From positions 4,652,001 to 4,716,000 of the forward strand of contig NC_087245.1 of the NCBI RefSeq assembly GCF_037042905.1: DNA of 64,000 nucleotides. Direction: 5' to 3'. Source of the stretch: Lytechinus pictus. Its lineage: Eukaryota. A program made the position numbers and the translations under genes. Below are positions 13,770 to 27,369 of the stretch, one piece after another. The stretch's first letter is position 1; every line of letters begins with the position of its first letter. The notes beneath the pieces were generated by a model. That model saw only the letters and a program-made list of their open reading frames with translations. It searched no databases and was not told where the DNA came from.

Positions 13770-15000
13770 TGCTACTGAACTTTTGAGAAAGCCGCAAAAT
13801 CTGCCCAAATTCCTGCCAAATTTGTCGACTCCTTTTGTTTCAAGTTGCCACGTTTGTTTTCCAACTGTGTCTTCCGATCGCAGCTCCCAACGCATGGCCC
13901 TGATAAAGGAATCTGAGATGAGACGTTGCTGCGGCAGCCTTTGAAGACCGGCATCCGACCTGTTAGGGAGGAATTAGCTACAATTTGCATTCTTGTGGGC
14001 TGTCATCTTGCAACAGAGGGTCAAGTTTCAAACTTTTCAACTGGGTATGGCCAAGCACACCCTGAAGCTTAACATTTGAAATAGCTCTCCAATCAATTTG
14101 ATTACAGGTTTCTCTAAGCTAACCTAATTGATCCCGATGGTCTCTTGAAGCAAGTTGATGGACTGGATCTCTGGGAGCTAAATCGGAGGCTATGAGTTGG
14201 CAGTGTAATAGGTTTAAGAGGGTCTCTCTGCAATATACATGTAAGCCCATATCCTTGAGGCATGAAGCCATAGTGCGGCCGCTTAGCCCAAAGCCTTTGA
14301 GACAATTGGTTTGATCCTACCAGGCAATTGCAAAAGTGTTCCCTTGACACATCCAGCTGACAGGTATGATTGAGATGTGTGACAGCGGTGACACAACTAT
14401 ACCGCTTCAATTTTCTACTCTGTCTCTGCCTTTCTTTTTTTCTCTTCCTCTCCCTTTTCTCTTCATCTCTCCTTTTGTCATCCTATTTTTCTCAATGTGC
14501 AGGGTCTCAGTTTCACAGTTGGGACCAGTAGAGATCTCCATCCCTAGCCCACCAAAATGCCCCCCTGCCGCTCCCGTTTGCTACTGACATCCACAATACA
14601 GTCTGGTAATTGTGGCCAACACCAAGGAACACAAAAGACCTAACTAATGGGGCTCTTGGCTTCACTGCAGGTCATCTCTTCAGTTTAAAATGGCCAAGCG
14701 GAAATGCCTCACCCCTGTGCCTGTAATTCGCTCCCTTTCAACTGGGAAGCAGCGGTGTTGATATTTGCAAGCAAGTGCACCGGAGCTGACTGTTTGGTTC
14801 CCCGACCAGGTCTTACGGTCAGACGACGTGTTTGCTCTCCCGTCCGTGCCTCGACCTGCTCCGGCATCTCTTCGGGACCGCGGCGCACGCAGCTGTTTGA
14901 GAGGAAGAGAATTTCATGTTGGGACTAGGATGCAGAGGTGCAGGGGTATAAGGACCCTGGTGTGATGAGCTAATTGGGGTGACAAAGATGAAGCAGTGGA
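13770..15000. promoter_or_regulatory. Intronic CpG/GC-rich non-repetitive block, likely cis-regulatory module(s)
   Basis: Markedly more GC- and CpG-rich than its flanks, with no convincing ORF. TGACAG/TGACA cluster at about 14357-14393 and GCTACTG at 13771 and 14580. Confidence 0.45.
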
Positions 15001-18000
15001 TCGGAAGTACCCTCTCCTTCAATACTGTTATACATAGACCATGGTATCATTACACACAGTGGGATACTAGCTGGCAGCAGCAGCGATACAATGCAATTCC
15101 ATTACACGTGACTCAAACAGTCAATGCTGAAAAATGTTGACCCGATACATTAAAAGTAATTTGGAGTACCAATTCACCGGATATCAAACTGATACATAAC
15201 TCAATTCAGATCAGGATATTGAATATAATTTCTTAAATACCTGGCCTTTTTAAGTTGCACAAGTACAGAGAAAAAAAAATGTCTACACAGCATGTTCAAC
15301 ATTTGTTCCTCACAATTAATTACAAATTACAGTTCAAGTTCTTTCGATCTGCAACAAGATAACAGTTCGATAGTTCATTTTGTAACATTGACATATCTTT
15401 TGGTAACAAGCTATACTACTCTGTGTCTGAAGTAGCCAAGATTAATTAAGTAGAAGATGTGAATGGAGATATCAATTGTTCATCTGGGATCAAGATAATT
15501 AAATGGGGAGAACAATTTTCTTCCTCAGGTAAATAAAAAAGTATTCAGTACAAGACAGGGTAGTGTAAATATGAACTAGACATTCATTTCTTGCTCTTAT
15601 ACACTAAAGATTCCCCATCCTCTATTCCTTCATCTCCTTTTTCATCTTTCTCTCTATCATTATCCCTTTTAATTTTTACTCTATAATGTTCACCTTCATC
15701 TCAACTTCCATCCCTCTCATACCCCCCCCCCCCTCATCCTGTCCTTCCCCTTACATCTCCTCCTCCTCCTCCCCCATGTTTCCCCTCCCCTCTTCTCAAT
15801 CCAGGAGCATTTGGAAGTGGAGTGGGAGGTCACAGCAGGATCAGGAAACAACATTAGATTTAATCTTGCCAAATTTGTGCCCATCCAAACGCCCTGGTGC
15901 GGCGACTGTTATGGCGCAAATAGAACACCTACGCCCAGCACTAGGCGAGAGACAGAAAACGATTCAGTGCATCTGCTGTGTTTATTGCTGGGATAAATCA
16001 ATATTAATACCATGCCCTTCTGGGTCAATTCAACCATCTCTATCTCAATATCAGGTATCTTCCATTTGTTCCATATCAAATATGTAATATCCATAATGGC
16101 GAAATGATACCCATCTAAAACATGTTGTTTTCAAATTTCAGCAAACTTTAATGTCCTTCCTGTTATTATCATCAATTATTATTCTTACTACAATTTATAC
16201 CTTGATTAATTTTAACAGAGAATAAAGCAACCCATACACCTGTATTCTGCATTTCAGCATCCCATTTAAAGATCAAACAGAGTTTGGAGGAGTAATAATG
16301 TATTACATTCTGTAATAATTCTGTAATTCGATCACCATCTTTTCCAAATGTATATCGCTTTGTCATATTTTAAAATAATGAAGCCATATGAAGAATAAAC
16401 CTTTTGAAATCACCATACTGATAAGTGTCTTGAAGAATCAGAGAATAAATTCAACACAACTCCTCAAACTACAATATCACCTACATAAATGCCCAGGTGG
16501 GATACCCCATCCCTCCTCTCATAATCATCCACTGCTTCATATACTCCATCTCTATATTATTGAAATAGGAGAGAAAGTAGAGGGGGTGAAAAACCAGAGG
16601 ACATCCTACTGTATTTACAGAGTGTAATAATCATGGCAAACATCCATTTGATCATACAAGAACTACAAATTCTGAAATTTGTTGGCCAGCGGGGCGCCGA
16701 CGCACTGTAACAGCCTCATGGTGTGAGGTTAGTGAGGAGAAGCGAAATTGCATTAGTATCTGCTGGCAACGGAACACACTATCACCTGTCTACCATGGCT
16801 GGGATGGGGTGAGATAGAAGAGAAATCAACACACAGGTATATACCACACAAGAATTTGTTCCCCAAAGGATGTACCTCATACAGAAATATGTAATTGGGT
16901 GTAAGATTCGGGGATATAATGCCTGTTGAAACCTACAAAAATATGTTGAATCTTTAAACTCCCGACATTCAAGACATTATGGAAATTATAAAGGCTCTAC
17001 CACAAAAAAAAACAATACCAATTTTGAAGACACATTGAGTTTTTAACTGGATAAAAATAATTGATTAAATAAATAAAAAAAAAACTATATCTGTCTGTAT
17101 CATTGAAAAAGCTAAAGGTAGCAGATCACAGATTATTTTTACAGGCAATTAATACTCCTTTTAAAGCCAAAACAGAAAATTAGTTGTTATCATTATGATA
17201 TGAGCAGTGTTAAAATCATGATCAGGAATATAAGAAAAATGAAATAGTGAAGTAGGTAGAGAAACAAGCTTCAGTTTCTATTTTACAACATCCAGGTTCC
17301 AAACGGATCATTTTCATTTAAGATTTCAAAAGGAAATATAGGCAATCGAAACAATGTCAAGTGAATTAAAATATGTATAATGGGTGCAAATGATTAACTA
17401 TAATTATCAAAGTCCTTGCATTATTATACATCACAAAAAGGATGAATGTTTTTATAGGGTATTTAAAAAGGTATTAACTATTCAGAAAGAGAAATAAACA
17501 GAGGAATTATGAGGAATTATCATGAAGAGAAAGTGCTGCACTTTTCACTTATAAAGCAATTTAAAAACAATATCTACTTTCCGTGTAATGGAAATGATGG
17601 GATATGAATTTGAAAAAAATCCTTTTAAATTGGTTATGTTGGTTTCATTTTATAAAGAGAAATCAATGATAAGACTGCTAAGTTATAAAGTACAGCCATC
17701 ACAGTTTCAGTAGATTGTTGCAGAAATTTTTTTCAAAAGCAAATGGAAAATTCATTGAAGTATACATCCAATGTGGGGCATGCCCTTAATTTCTTTTGTA
17801 TATAGTTGATATGAAAAGGTATAATGCTCTGAAATTTTCATCATGTTTAGAGCTTGAGCACTTCATGCAGTGAAGTTTCATTAGAAAAAGGGGGATCAGA
17901 CAAGAATGATCACAAAAAAATGATCATTTAGGGAAGAGTAAAGTAGAAAGAGTTTCAAACTTCACGATTTTCAAATTGATTTGAATCAAAGTTTCCACAA

Positions 18001-19402
18001 AAATGTTTTCATTGTTCACTGCTACCTAATATCATCTTCATTTTTTTATACTTTAATCAAACTTTCCTCAAAATGTTTTCATTGATTGTTTTTACCAAAT
18101 ACCAACTTATATTTTTATGGCTGATTTTGATATTTAACACAAAGCTGAAATCTTCTTACTATGGCATGCATCATCAGATAATCTAGCCAACAGCTGATAA
18201 TAGGGCTATGCATAAGGATTTTCCTTTGTCATATAAGATGTCATTTTTATTCCTCAAACTACTGGTCAGTAGATATGAAATGCAGAAATGGAAAATAAAA
18301 TTGTTGTAAAAAAGTGGCCGCTCAGTTGGAAAAGCAGTGATCTTTTACGAAGTGACTTAACTAATAATACAGTTTGGAAAGACATCAGGTATCTTAGAGA
18401 GTTCTTCAAGCCATAAGTCATCTTATTATATCACTTACTTGTAAACATGACACCAATAATATCAATATCTGAAAAGAATACAAACAAAATAAAGACAGTT
18501 TGTCTGTCACGTTTCCAATAATCAATTGTCCACTTAGTGGTCAGCTGATTTTAGTGCCACTTCTAAGATTGAAAGCCATGATGAGAAACTATTTAAAAAG
18601 ACTTTTAAATGAGGAAACAGTAAACTAATAAGTCATTAGCATGTTACATGTCTGAAATGGTTGTTTGTCCATGTACAGGTCAGCTGATTAAAATATCATT
18701 TTACAACAATCAACAATTATAATAAAAGAGAAATGAAAGAGTATAATAAGTTTATTTTGTAAGGTAATAATTAGATCCTTATTGGTTGTTCACCAAGGAG
18801 CTATATCTTCCTTGTGCACTTTAAAATGACTTTACTTTATATTTTTAGCTTGTATTGTTTAGCTATGCCCATCAAGAGAAGCGGAAATCCTGCACCCAAT
18901 ATTTCTAATTGCACTGAGATAGCAAAGTAAAGACAAGACGGCAAAAAAAAAAAGAGTTTCAGACAAGCTGTTAAAAGAGAATGTTAAGTACTGGATGAAA
19001 TTCAAACCAGGCTTGAGAATTAATATTTAGAGATGATGTAATGATGGATAATTGTATCTTTTATGATAATCTTTGTTCATGCTATGCAGAGTAAAAGATG
19101 AAAAGAAATGTAATGTGAAAAGAAGTCTTCAAGTGGCATCGTAAGAGAGAATTTTTTTTAGCTAGGTTACCATGTTCATTCCACAATGTTTTGCTTTGTG
19201 AGCAATTATAATATTGAAATGGATATCATCTTTGAAACTCTATTTTTCAACATGCCCTTTCAGCTAATCTACCCCGTTTATGATTCGATTGAAAAGTATT
19301 TCCTTGCACACCTTATTTCATGACATAAGGTGTATATGAATGATGTCAATATAACCAAACACCTGTTTCAATTGAATACTATTGCTACAAACTCTCTCAA
19401 AC

Positions 19403-19426
19403 CATGGACCTACTAGTAGGTCCATG
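19403..19426. mobile_element. 24-bp perfect palindrome with 7-bp TSD (P-superfamily-like remnant or footprint)
   Basis: CATGGACCTACTAGTAGGTCCATG flanked by CTCAAAC at 19396-19402 and 19427-19433. Confidence 0.7.
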
Positions 19427-22400
19427 CTCAAACGGACCTTCAACTGATATATGAACTTTATCATTGCCATCATCAAGCACATTGATTAATGTACCAGTAT
19501 GTCTCACCAACTATCAAACATTACAGTCAGTAATATTTTATGTTATATAGAGGTATTATTATCTGATGATTACAAGGACACTATGTACATTTTAATATTA
19601 TTTCTCATTTTAACTTTGGTAGTGGTTTATGTTATCATGTGGAAACTAAAGATGTTTTTCTACCAAGCTTTGGTAATGTAATGATGGAGATAATGTTTCA
19701 AGAAGTAGAACAAACATCTGAATCTGATGGTCACTATTACAAGTGGCTTCATTATCTTTCATCAGAAGGAAATCTTTGTCTAAAACTGTTCACACAAAGA
19801 TCATATGAAACATTAATACAAACCTGTGGAACATTTCAATCTATACAATCATAAAACATTTAGAAGATAAATGTATTTAAAATAATCCCACTTTACATGC
19901 CTAAGAATAAGAAGGGCAAGTGTTTTTTTTAATACAAAATTCTTATCAAAATACCCCATTTAATCACCATTTCAGAATATAGGGGGTATTATATTCAATG
20001 GAAATCACACAGTCCACATAGAAATGTCGTCAATTAGAATGTGTGTTTCTTTATACATTTACTATGTCCCTGCAAATATGAACTTTGACCCCAAATATAA
20101 ACCAGTCAATAGTACACCAAGACTCAGGTATATAGTACATGTGACCTCTCCTGGAGCTCCTACTAGATGTACCTCACCCCACCCCACTCCAACCCACTAA
20201 ACCCCACCCATCCCCCTTCCTACCTACCGGTATTCAAAGAACATACTGGGAGGTAATTCCTAGGGTTACCGCATACAAAACACTCAATTTCATAAAGAAC
20301 ATTTTAACTATATACCAGCTATAAAAAAAACAATAACAAATATGCAGTAAAAAATTAAAAAAAATGCTTTAGTTTGAAAGGGGAGGTATGATTCACAATA
20401 TCTGTTCATGTTCAACAGGGCTGGAATCCATGTTAAAACATAGAAGTCATGTTTTATTCCAAAACAATACAAATCTTAATTGATTAAAAAAAATTATCGA
20501 TTTTAACTTCAACTAAAAGCATGTTTTTGTAATTCAAGCATTATATAGAGGGTTATTGCTCAATGAAGTGTTGGGTTTAGTAGGGGATACCCGCCTGAAA
20601 GCTCTTTCTTATCTTAATAGAAATAGAGGAACAAGTGTTTTATCCACTTGACAAGGTTAATGAGGCTATGTCACTTTTTTATTTAACTGATTCCTGATAT
20701 CTAAGAAGTTAAATAATCAAACATGATCCCATTAAGAGCTCACTCCACAAATGAAAAATGAGGATAAGTGATACAGATATTAAAACAAAACATGGATTAT
20801 AAGTAGTAGGTATCAAATTGTTGCTATAAAGACTATATAATTATAAACAAAACAATATTTCAAACAAAGGTAACATCATGTTTTCAAGTCTTTAACTCCA
20901 TCTTGAACAATCAATTGTTTGGGAAATGGATTTTGAATTGACAAATCATCATTAAGATTGGCTTTTGGGGCCTGCTTGAACCGCAATAAAGCAGGAGAGC
21001 TGTAATGGGTGTAATCACCATTATGTTAGGAGCCGCCAATGCTTGTATGCATACTGAACCCGCGGCTAGGAACATATTTTTAACTGAGTGATCTAGAGAC
21101 ATAATTTGTTTTCATAAGTAACCATTATCTTGGCACACTGCCGACACTTTTATAGATGCTGATGAATAAAGGACTACTTTATTCCACACCTCAATAGCTC
21201 TGTCCTTTTTCTTAATGGTAAATGAGTCCAATTCTAAACTTAGGTACATTGTGACCCACAGACCTTCAAGCAAACATACATTTGTATATATCTTGAATGA
21301 GAAAATGACACTAGTTATGACATTACAGTTAAAGTAGAATGAATATTAATATGTTTTTAAGTCTCCATTCCCTTTATCACATTTTTAAGCACATTTGGTC
21401 AAAGAAATTTTGCATGATATGAAAATCATTATTACATTATCATTATTAATCTAGTAATTTGTGCAGAGCTGATGAAAATATGTATTAATGAAGGGGAAAG
21501 TAGTGATGTTCAATATAAGATCATGACAATTAGTTTCAATTGATCTTTTAACACTTTGATGACACAAATCTTCAACAAAAAACAAAATGCATCATATATC
21601 ATTTTCATAAATGCACTTGCTATTTTTTTAACAGATGTTGAATTAAGACATTCTTTATAATTGCCAGTGTATGCATAAATCCTTAACAAATAAAGGGATG
21701 AGTTTGTTGAAAGGAGGACAATTTTGTTTCTGATAATGGAATGAGAGGTGTATCATACCTGGTATTATCAATACCTACTGGAATTATTTTTACAATATCA
21801 CGAAAACACTACCATTCAGAAATCTTCCATCAGGCATGGTCTTTGTGTAGGTTTCTAAATAAATAAATGAATACTTGGCTTATAACGCTCTTTAAGAAGT
21901 ACCTAAGGGATTACAATTATGATCAGATTAGAAACTGAATCTGTGATTTTTATTTCAAATCATTGACAATGTTCCTTCAGAAGGTAGCACTTCCAACAAA
22001 ATTACTTGTAAGGAGAACTGATGACAAACCTGATGTCAACAATTAATGTCACGTGTTTCGTGTGCCATACAACCAGTAGGATAGCATTTAGTAATAATAA
22101 TATTATATTAGCCTTCAGTTTAATACTAGTTGTAAAGTTTTATCATGAGTATGTCTTAGATATATGTATCAAATGCAATATGATCTAGATAGGAATTATT
22201 GGACCACAAAAAACAGTGTACTTTCTAAAAAAATAATAAGTTGGAATAATTCTCACTGAGGTCTTAATTTCTGATTTGATTTTGTGTTGCCATGGTTATG
22301 GGACGTAGCATTCAGAGAGTAATTTTGGATTATGTGAAAACTGACCAGACAAGGGAACATGATAAAACAAATGAATGCTTAAATTTAAAGATTGTATTCT

Positions 22401-24845
22401 TACACAACATCCCAAACACCCTATAGATTTATGCATCGTTTAAGACAAATCAATGCATTAATGTAGCACTGATGTTATTTCACATCAAATATGAGTTGCA
22501 AGAATAAGGCATTAATTTCTATTTTATCATCATCATTTATTGATTTCCTATAAAAAAAAAATGCATTAAAATGAACTCTTGGGCCCAACAAAGACTCTTT
22601 ACCCACAATATTTAATGAAAGATCCCTCATAACCCTACCAACTGAAGCAATTGCAGTTAGGGAAGTGCATAGTCCCTACCAGACACTAATAATAAAGACA
22701 GCAGTAAACAGGTTGGCGATACAGGTGGAAGCATCACATATTCTTCAGATATAAAAACAGTGTCATGGTCATATCAAGGTTCGTGAAATACAACATAGGA
22801 TGGTACATGCATGTCTGATGATTTATAATAAAGACTTTAAAAGGGGTTTCCCCCCATCTCTGTTATAAACACCAGTAGTATTCCATAAAGATCATATTTA
22901 TTATTTATGCTGGTATCTACTTGATGCAGTTCCAAAAATGAAAAATCATAATCATTTCATATCCGTTGTGTTCTGCATATCCTTAATTAGATCACACTTT
23001 TTCTATATTTCAGAAATTGTTCATAACTCTGTTTTTGCAGCTGTGATATATTTTTCTTAATTTGAAATAAATAAGGAAAGATAGGAATCACTTTTGAAAA
23101 TACTGCATCTGAAAATGATATATGTATATCCAGAAATTGTGAATTTTTGACAATAATTCTCTGGTTATTAAAAATTATTAAAAATTGTAAACCCATTGGG
23201 CAATGTATCAAAACTGGTTGTAAAGGACTGAAGTGAGTGGTTTTTATGAAAACCAGAGATTTCTAGAATATATGTCAAGCTCAAAGAATATATGCAATAT
23301 ATCCAATATAAAATGAGTACTGACTCTGAGATTATCAGCATTTAAAAATGCCTCCATTAATTACATCCTAAAAATATATAATTAAGAATCAAGTGTTTGT
23401 AACAAGAACTAAATTCAAAGCTGTTTTAAAATATTGCAATTTCCAGAAAAAAAATTGACTAAAAACAGGCATACAATGTTTGAACCAAAATGCAAAATCA
23501 CTTTACTTTAAAATAGAATTTAAAGCACTCTGTCTCAGAAATGATGAGTTATGAAATTCACAGAATCTTTCTTCCACTCGGATTGAAAAATGAAGAAAAT
23601 GAAATCTTTTAATTTTAAGTTATTCATCAATTTCATGAGAGTTTAAATGATGCTAATTAAGTCCTTGCAGATTTCTACAGATGGATTATGTATATCTTAT
23701 TTTATTTTAATTTCAATTTCTAAATCATAGGGATTAATATTATTTCTCCATACTAATCATGTATATCTTATAAATGTATCTACTCTTTTGATAAAATCAG
23801 TTAACTCAAAGGGATTGATAAAACTTTAAAAAAAAAATTTGCTCAAATTTCACAACAGGCTCCACAAACAGCAGCAGATACAGATACCCTATGTGCCGAC
23901 CTAAACTCCCCCAGAGCTGTAGGGCTGGGATTCTGGAAGTCTGGTAGCTTGCTGCTCGCACAGCTGTCTAAACCTATTACAAGCTTTGCCTTGATGTCTG
24001 ACAAATACAAGGGACTTTGCTCCAGAATCTAGGCATCACAGGGGTAATTTGCACATTTATCAATCACAATAATATGTGAATAAAAAAAATTATATTGAGA
24101 TCAACGAAATAAATAAATAATGGAACAAACAGATTTTACTAATCATGCTACTTTCATGTGTTAGTGGCTCTTTATTATAAATACTTTAATGTTATAATTA
24201 CTGGCTTTCAACAATGCTCCAGTAAATTATTTTCATGAAATACTGTGCTCCCTTTTAAACAAAAAATAATGAAATACAATTCCTTTTAATAAATTTTTAA
24301 CCATGATACTAATTCATATTCTATCATCATGATTATGGTATAGATTTTATAGTTTGTTATTAATATTCATCAACTTGATTATAGTAGCCGATATTAAAAA
24401 TTATTAGATTAATTTTTCTATGTTTGCAATACTGTAATTATAAAGAAGGATTTTTATTTTAATCCCTTCGTCCAACACCCAAATCAATCCCCTTTATAAC
24501 ACCTCTAAGGGATTATATCACACCTATATGATAATCTAATCACATTAGCTTTTGTTAGCCTAAGTGATCTGAGCATTTGTTGATGGATCAGCCTATTAAC
24601 ACCTGAATCAATTTGAAATGAAGTCTTAGTCTAATCTCTCCCTTGAGACCTACACCTGATGATAAGCCCTTTCAGCACTTGACTTCTACCAGCTAAAGAG
24701 AAGGGAAGGGGCAACTTAATCCCAAAGCTAAGACCAGAAACTCACTGGACGGTTTTTCAAGTACAAAGCAGGCAGAGAGAAAGAAAACAGATGAAGAATA
24801 ATTTCTAGAAGGTTATGAGTTTTTTTCTCAAGCCCTGCAACTAAG

Positions 24846-24947
24846 AAAATAGTGACACCCTTCTTGTTTCTTTCTCTGTTGAGTACAGATGGGATTAAAA
24901 TAGTGACACCCTTCTTGTTGCTTTCTCTGTTGAGTACAGATGGGATT
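24846..24947. repeat. 51-bp tandem duplication, two copies with one mismatch
   Basis: aaaatagtgacacccttcttgtt(t/g)ctttctctgttgagtacagatgggatt repeated head to tail. Confidence 0.95.
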
Positions 24948-26393
24948 TTTAAGAAATAGAGAATAATTCTGGAGGAAAAGAAAAATATGTGAATATTTAC
25001 AGATGAATTGCAATTTGTAAATGCTCAGATATATTATGTTTCTGATAAATTACTTAATCATGAAAAAGCATATAACAAATAAAAAAAACATTAATAGCAT
25101 TTATATATTAGCAATTATCGATGTGCTATCTTTTAATGCTATACACTCTGAAAAATAATATTTCAATTATCTAAGATTCAAAAGAATATTTAAATATGAA
25201 TGATTTAAAAACAGACAGGTCTATTTACAATCAAGATGTAATATAAAATTTAGTATAGTGGATGAACTAGAAATCTTCTCAAATTTGAAAAAAAAAATTG
25301 TGAAAGATTCCTTGTAGGAGGAGAGGTTGTAGGATAATAAAATAATAAAAAATAATTCCACTGTTAAAAAAAAAATCCTCTACTTAATTATATAATTAAC
25401 AGTTCCTTGCAACCATATTCTTCAAGTGATACAGTAAGTGTATTGTCCCCCTCCGATTATTATCAGCTCACTGCAGCTGAGGAGAGGCAATCACTTAGCA
25501 AGTCGCCACCGGATCTCCCTGCCTGGTCTAGCCCACTGGAGCTTCCTTTGTTTGCCTCCTCTATTCTACCACTTCCACTCGGCCACTGTTGTTTAGGGGA
25601 AGTCTTTGATTAACAATTAATTCTCTCCTTCCCAGGTCAGTGTTCTCTTAAATATCATAAAATATTCATATAATAGAGGAAAAACTATACTTTTCTATCA
25701 TGTTTATACCTAAAATACTAAATATAAGAGAATTCAGTAGTTCAAAAGTAAGGTTTATACCAAATTGCATTCAATTTTTTAACTACAGAGTGTAACATTC
25801 CTTCCCATTTTAAAGCTAAGAAATATTTTTTCCACTGGTTGGAAAATATTTTGATTTTTTTTCTCTCTGAATGTGCAAATCTTTTCCATTTCATACCAGC
25901 CAATAAAGAAATTGGAACAAGCAATAAGTTGAATTTTAAAACCTCTCAATTTAAAAGCCTTCATCATTTGAAAAATTACTAATTTTTGCAAAGCTCATTT
26001 TAAACACATTTAGATAATGTAAATATAGATCAATGTATTTTTCATAATCTAATTCACTTCTTTTATTTGGTATCAACCAAACACAAAAAAATTGAAAATC
26101 TATAAATAAAAAGATTTTGTATCATCTATATACTTATTCTTTTCTCACATTAATTTGAAATTGAAGATCTCAATAAAACTCACATTTTATATTCAAGTCT
26201 ATTTCTATTTTTTTCATAACTTTCAAAACTGTACATTAAAGACAAATTTCTATTTAATATCCTACCATAGGCATGTGGGATAGAGAGGAATATTTAGGCA
26301 TTTAGAGTTTAAAGGAATGCAATGGTGATCAAAAGTAATTAGATAAAGCAAATATAAATTCCTAATAATTATGATATGAACGGTGATTATTAC

Positions 26394-26481
26394 CTTTGTG
26401 CCACAGATAAAGCTGTGGATCCCTGCAAGCTGATAGATATAGCTGCCAGCTGTAATACATAGACATTGATCCTGCATCCAT
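26394..26481 (-). CDS. Osr: Candidate alternative first coding exon of Osr (MDAGSMSMYYSWQLYLSACRDPQLYLWHK-E)
   Basis: ATG at 26481, 29 open codons plus G, then donor AAG|GTAATA. Phase 1 joins the 12499 acceptor in frame (G+AG=Glu). It is preceded by about 900 nt of UTR-like, CpG-containing sequence and a CCAAT cluster. Confidence 0.5.
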
Positions 26482-27369
26482 AGCTAATGACAAGTCAACA
26501 TTCAACACTTTCCTTGAAGATATTGTCAAAATCAAATTTACAAATCTCCTTTTTTTTTAATGGAGATTTTGTCCAAGTTTTTCCTTTGGAAATATTTAAA
26601 GATGTGTGAATGTATTTGGATTAAACCTAAGAAGTTGCTGTAGGCTTGTGAGAAGCAAGCTTAGTTTGGATTGACTGCTACTGCTTGAAATTCTCAGAAT
26701 TGACAGGTCTGAGATAAAAAATGAGAGAGGAAGATGAAGAAGTCCAAACTACAAAGCGCTTATGACAAAATGAAGATTTGACGAAAAGTGGTAGGGAAAC
26801 CGCAGTTTTGTGGCAAAGTCTCAGACAATAACTGCCGAAGGAGAAGTAGTGAAGCTAGAGGCAGCCAAGAATCGATGTGAGGAACGCGACGCCAAATGCG
26901 GATGCAATGTAAAAAGAAGAGAAGCGTACAACGCAGTGAGGTTATTAAATACTTCATGAATTGGTCTAGAAATCATGGACAATGTTTTGAGGTGCTGAGA
27001 CCAAATGATGCCTATAACCAAAGGAGGAATAAACCTTGGAATGATCAACGGTTGAGGTATAAATACTATCCAAGGATAGCTAGGTTGTGAGACGAGATCT
27101 CAATGATCATCAGCAACAAACAATCCTCTCATCTAAAAAAAAGTTGCTAAAAATAATCAACACGTTATGTTTTTTCCTGCGCTTCCTGAAGCTCGCGTCG
27201 TGTTTGAATGAAGGGCGGGCATCATAAACTGTGGTGGCGCAATTCAGCTGCGTCAGATCAGCATCAGGGGAAGACGACCCTTGAATGACATGTGATGTGG
27301 GTTGTTGCAATCTTGGTTTAATATCAAATTCAGAAAAGTTGACCAAACGGGCTATCCCAAGCTGACTTT

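Noticed and set aside
14709..14867. Minus-strand ORF MPEQVEART... as an Osr first exon
   Set aside because: Its donor-like sites are phase 0 (GTAAGA) and phase 2 (GTGAGG), neither compatible with the main exon.
18787..18820. Third P-like footprint CAAGGAG...TTCCTTG
   Set aside because: The inverted ends mismatch and the flanks (tgttcac / tgcactt) do not form a clean 7-bp duplication.
25615..25642. Plus-strand recursive splice site (polypyrimidine-CAG|GTCAGT)
   Set aside because: No evidence for a plus-strand transcript; a single motif can occur by chance.
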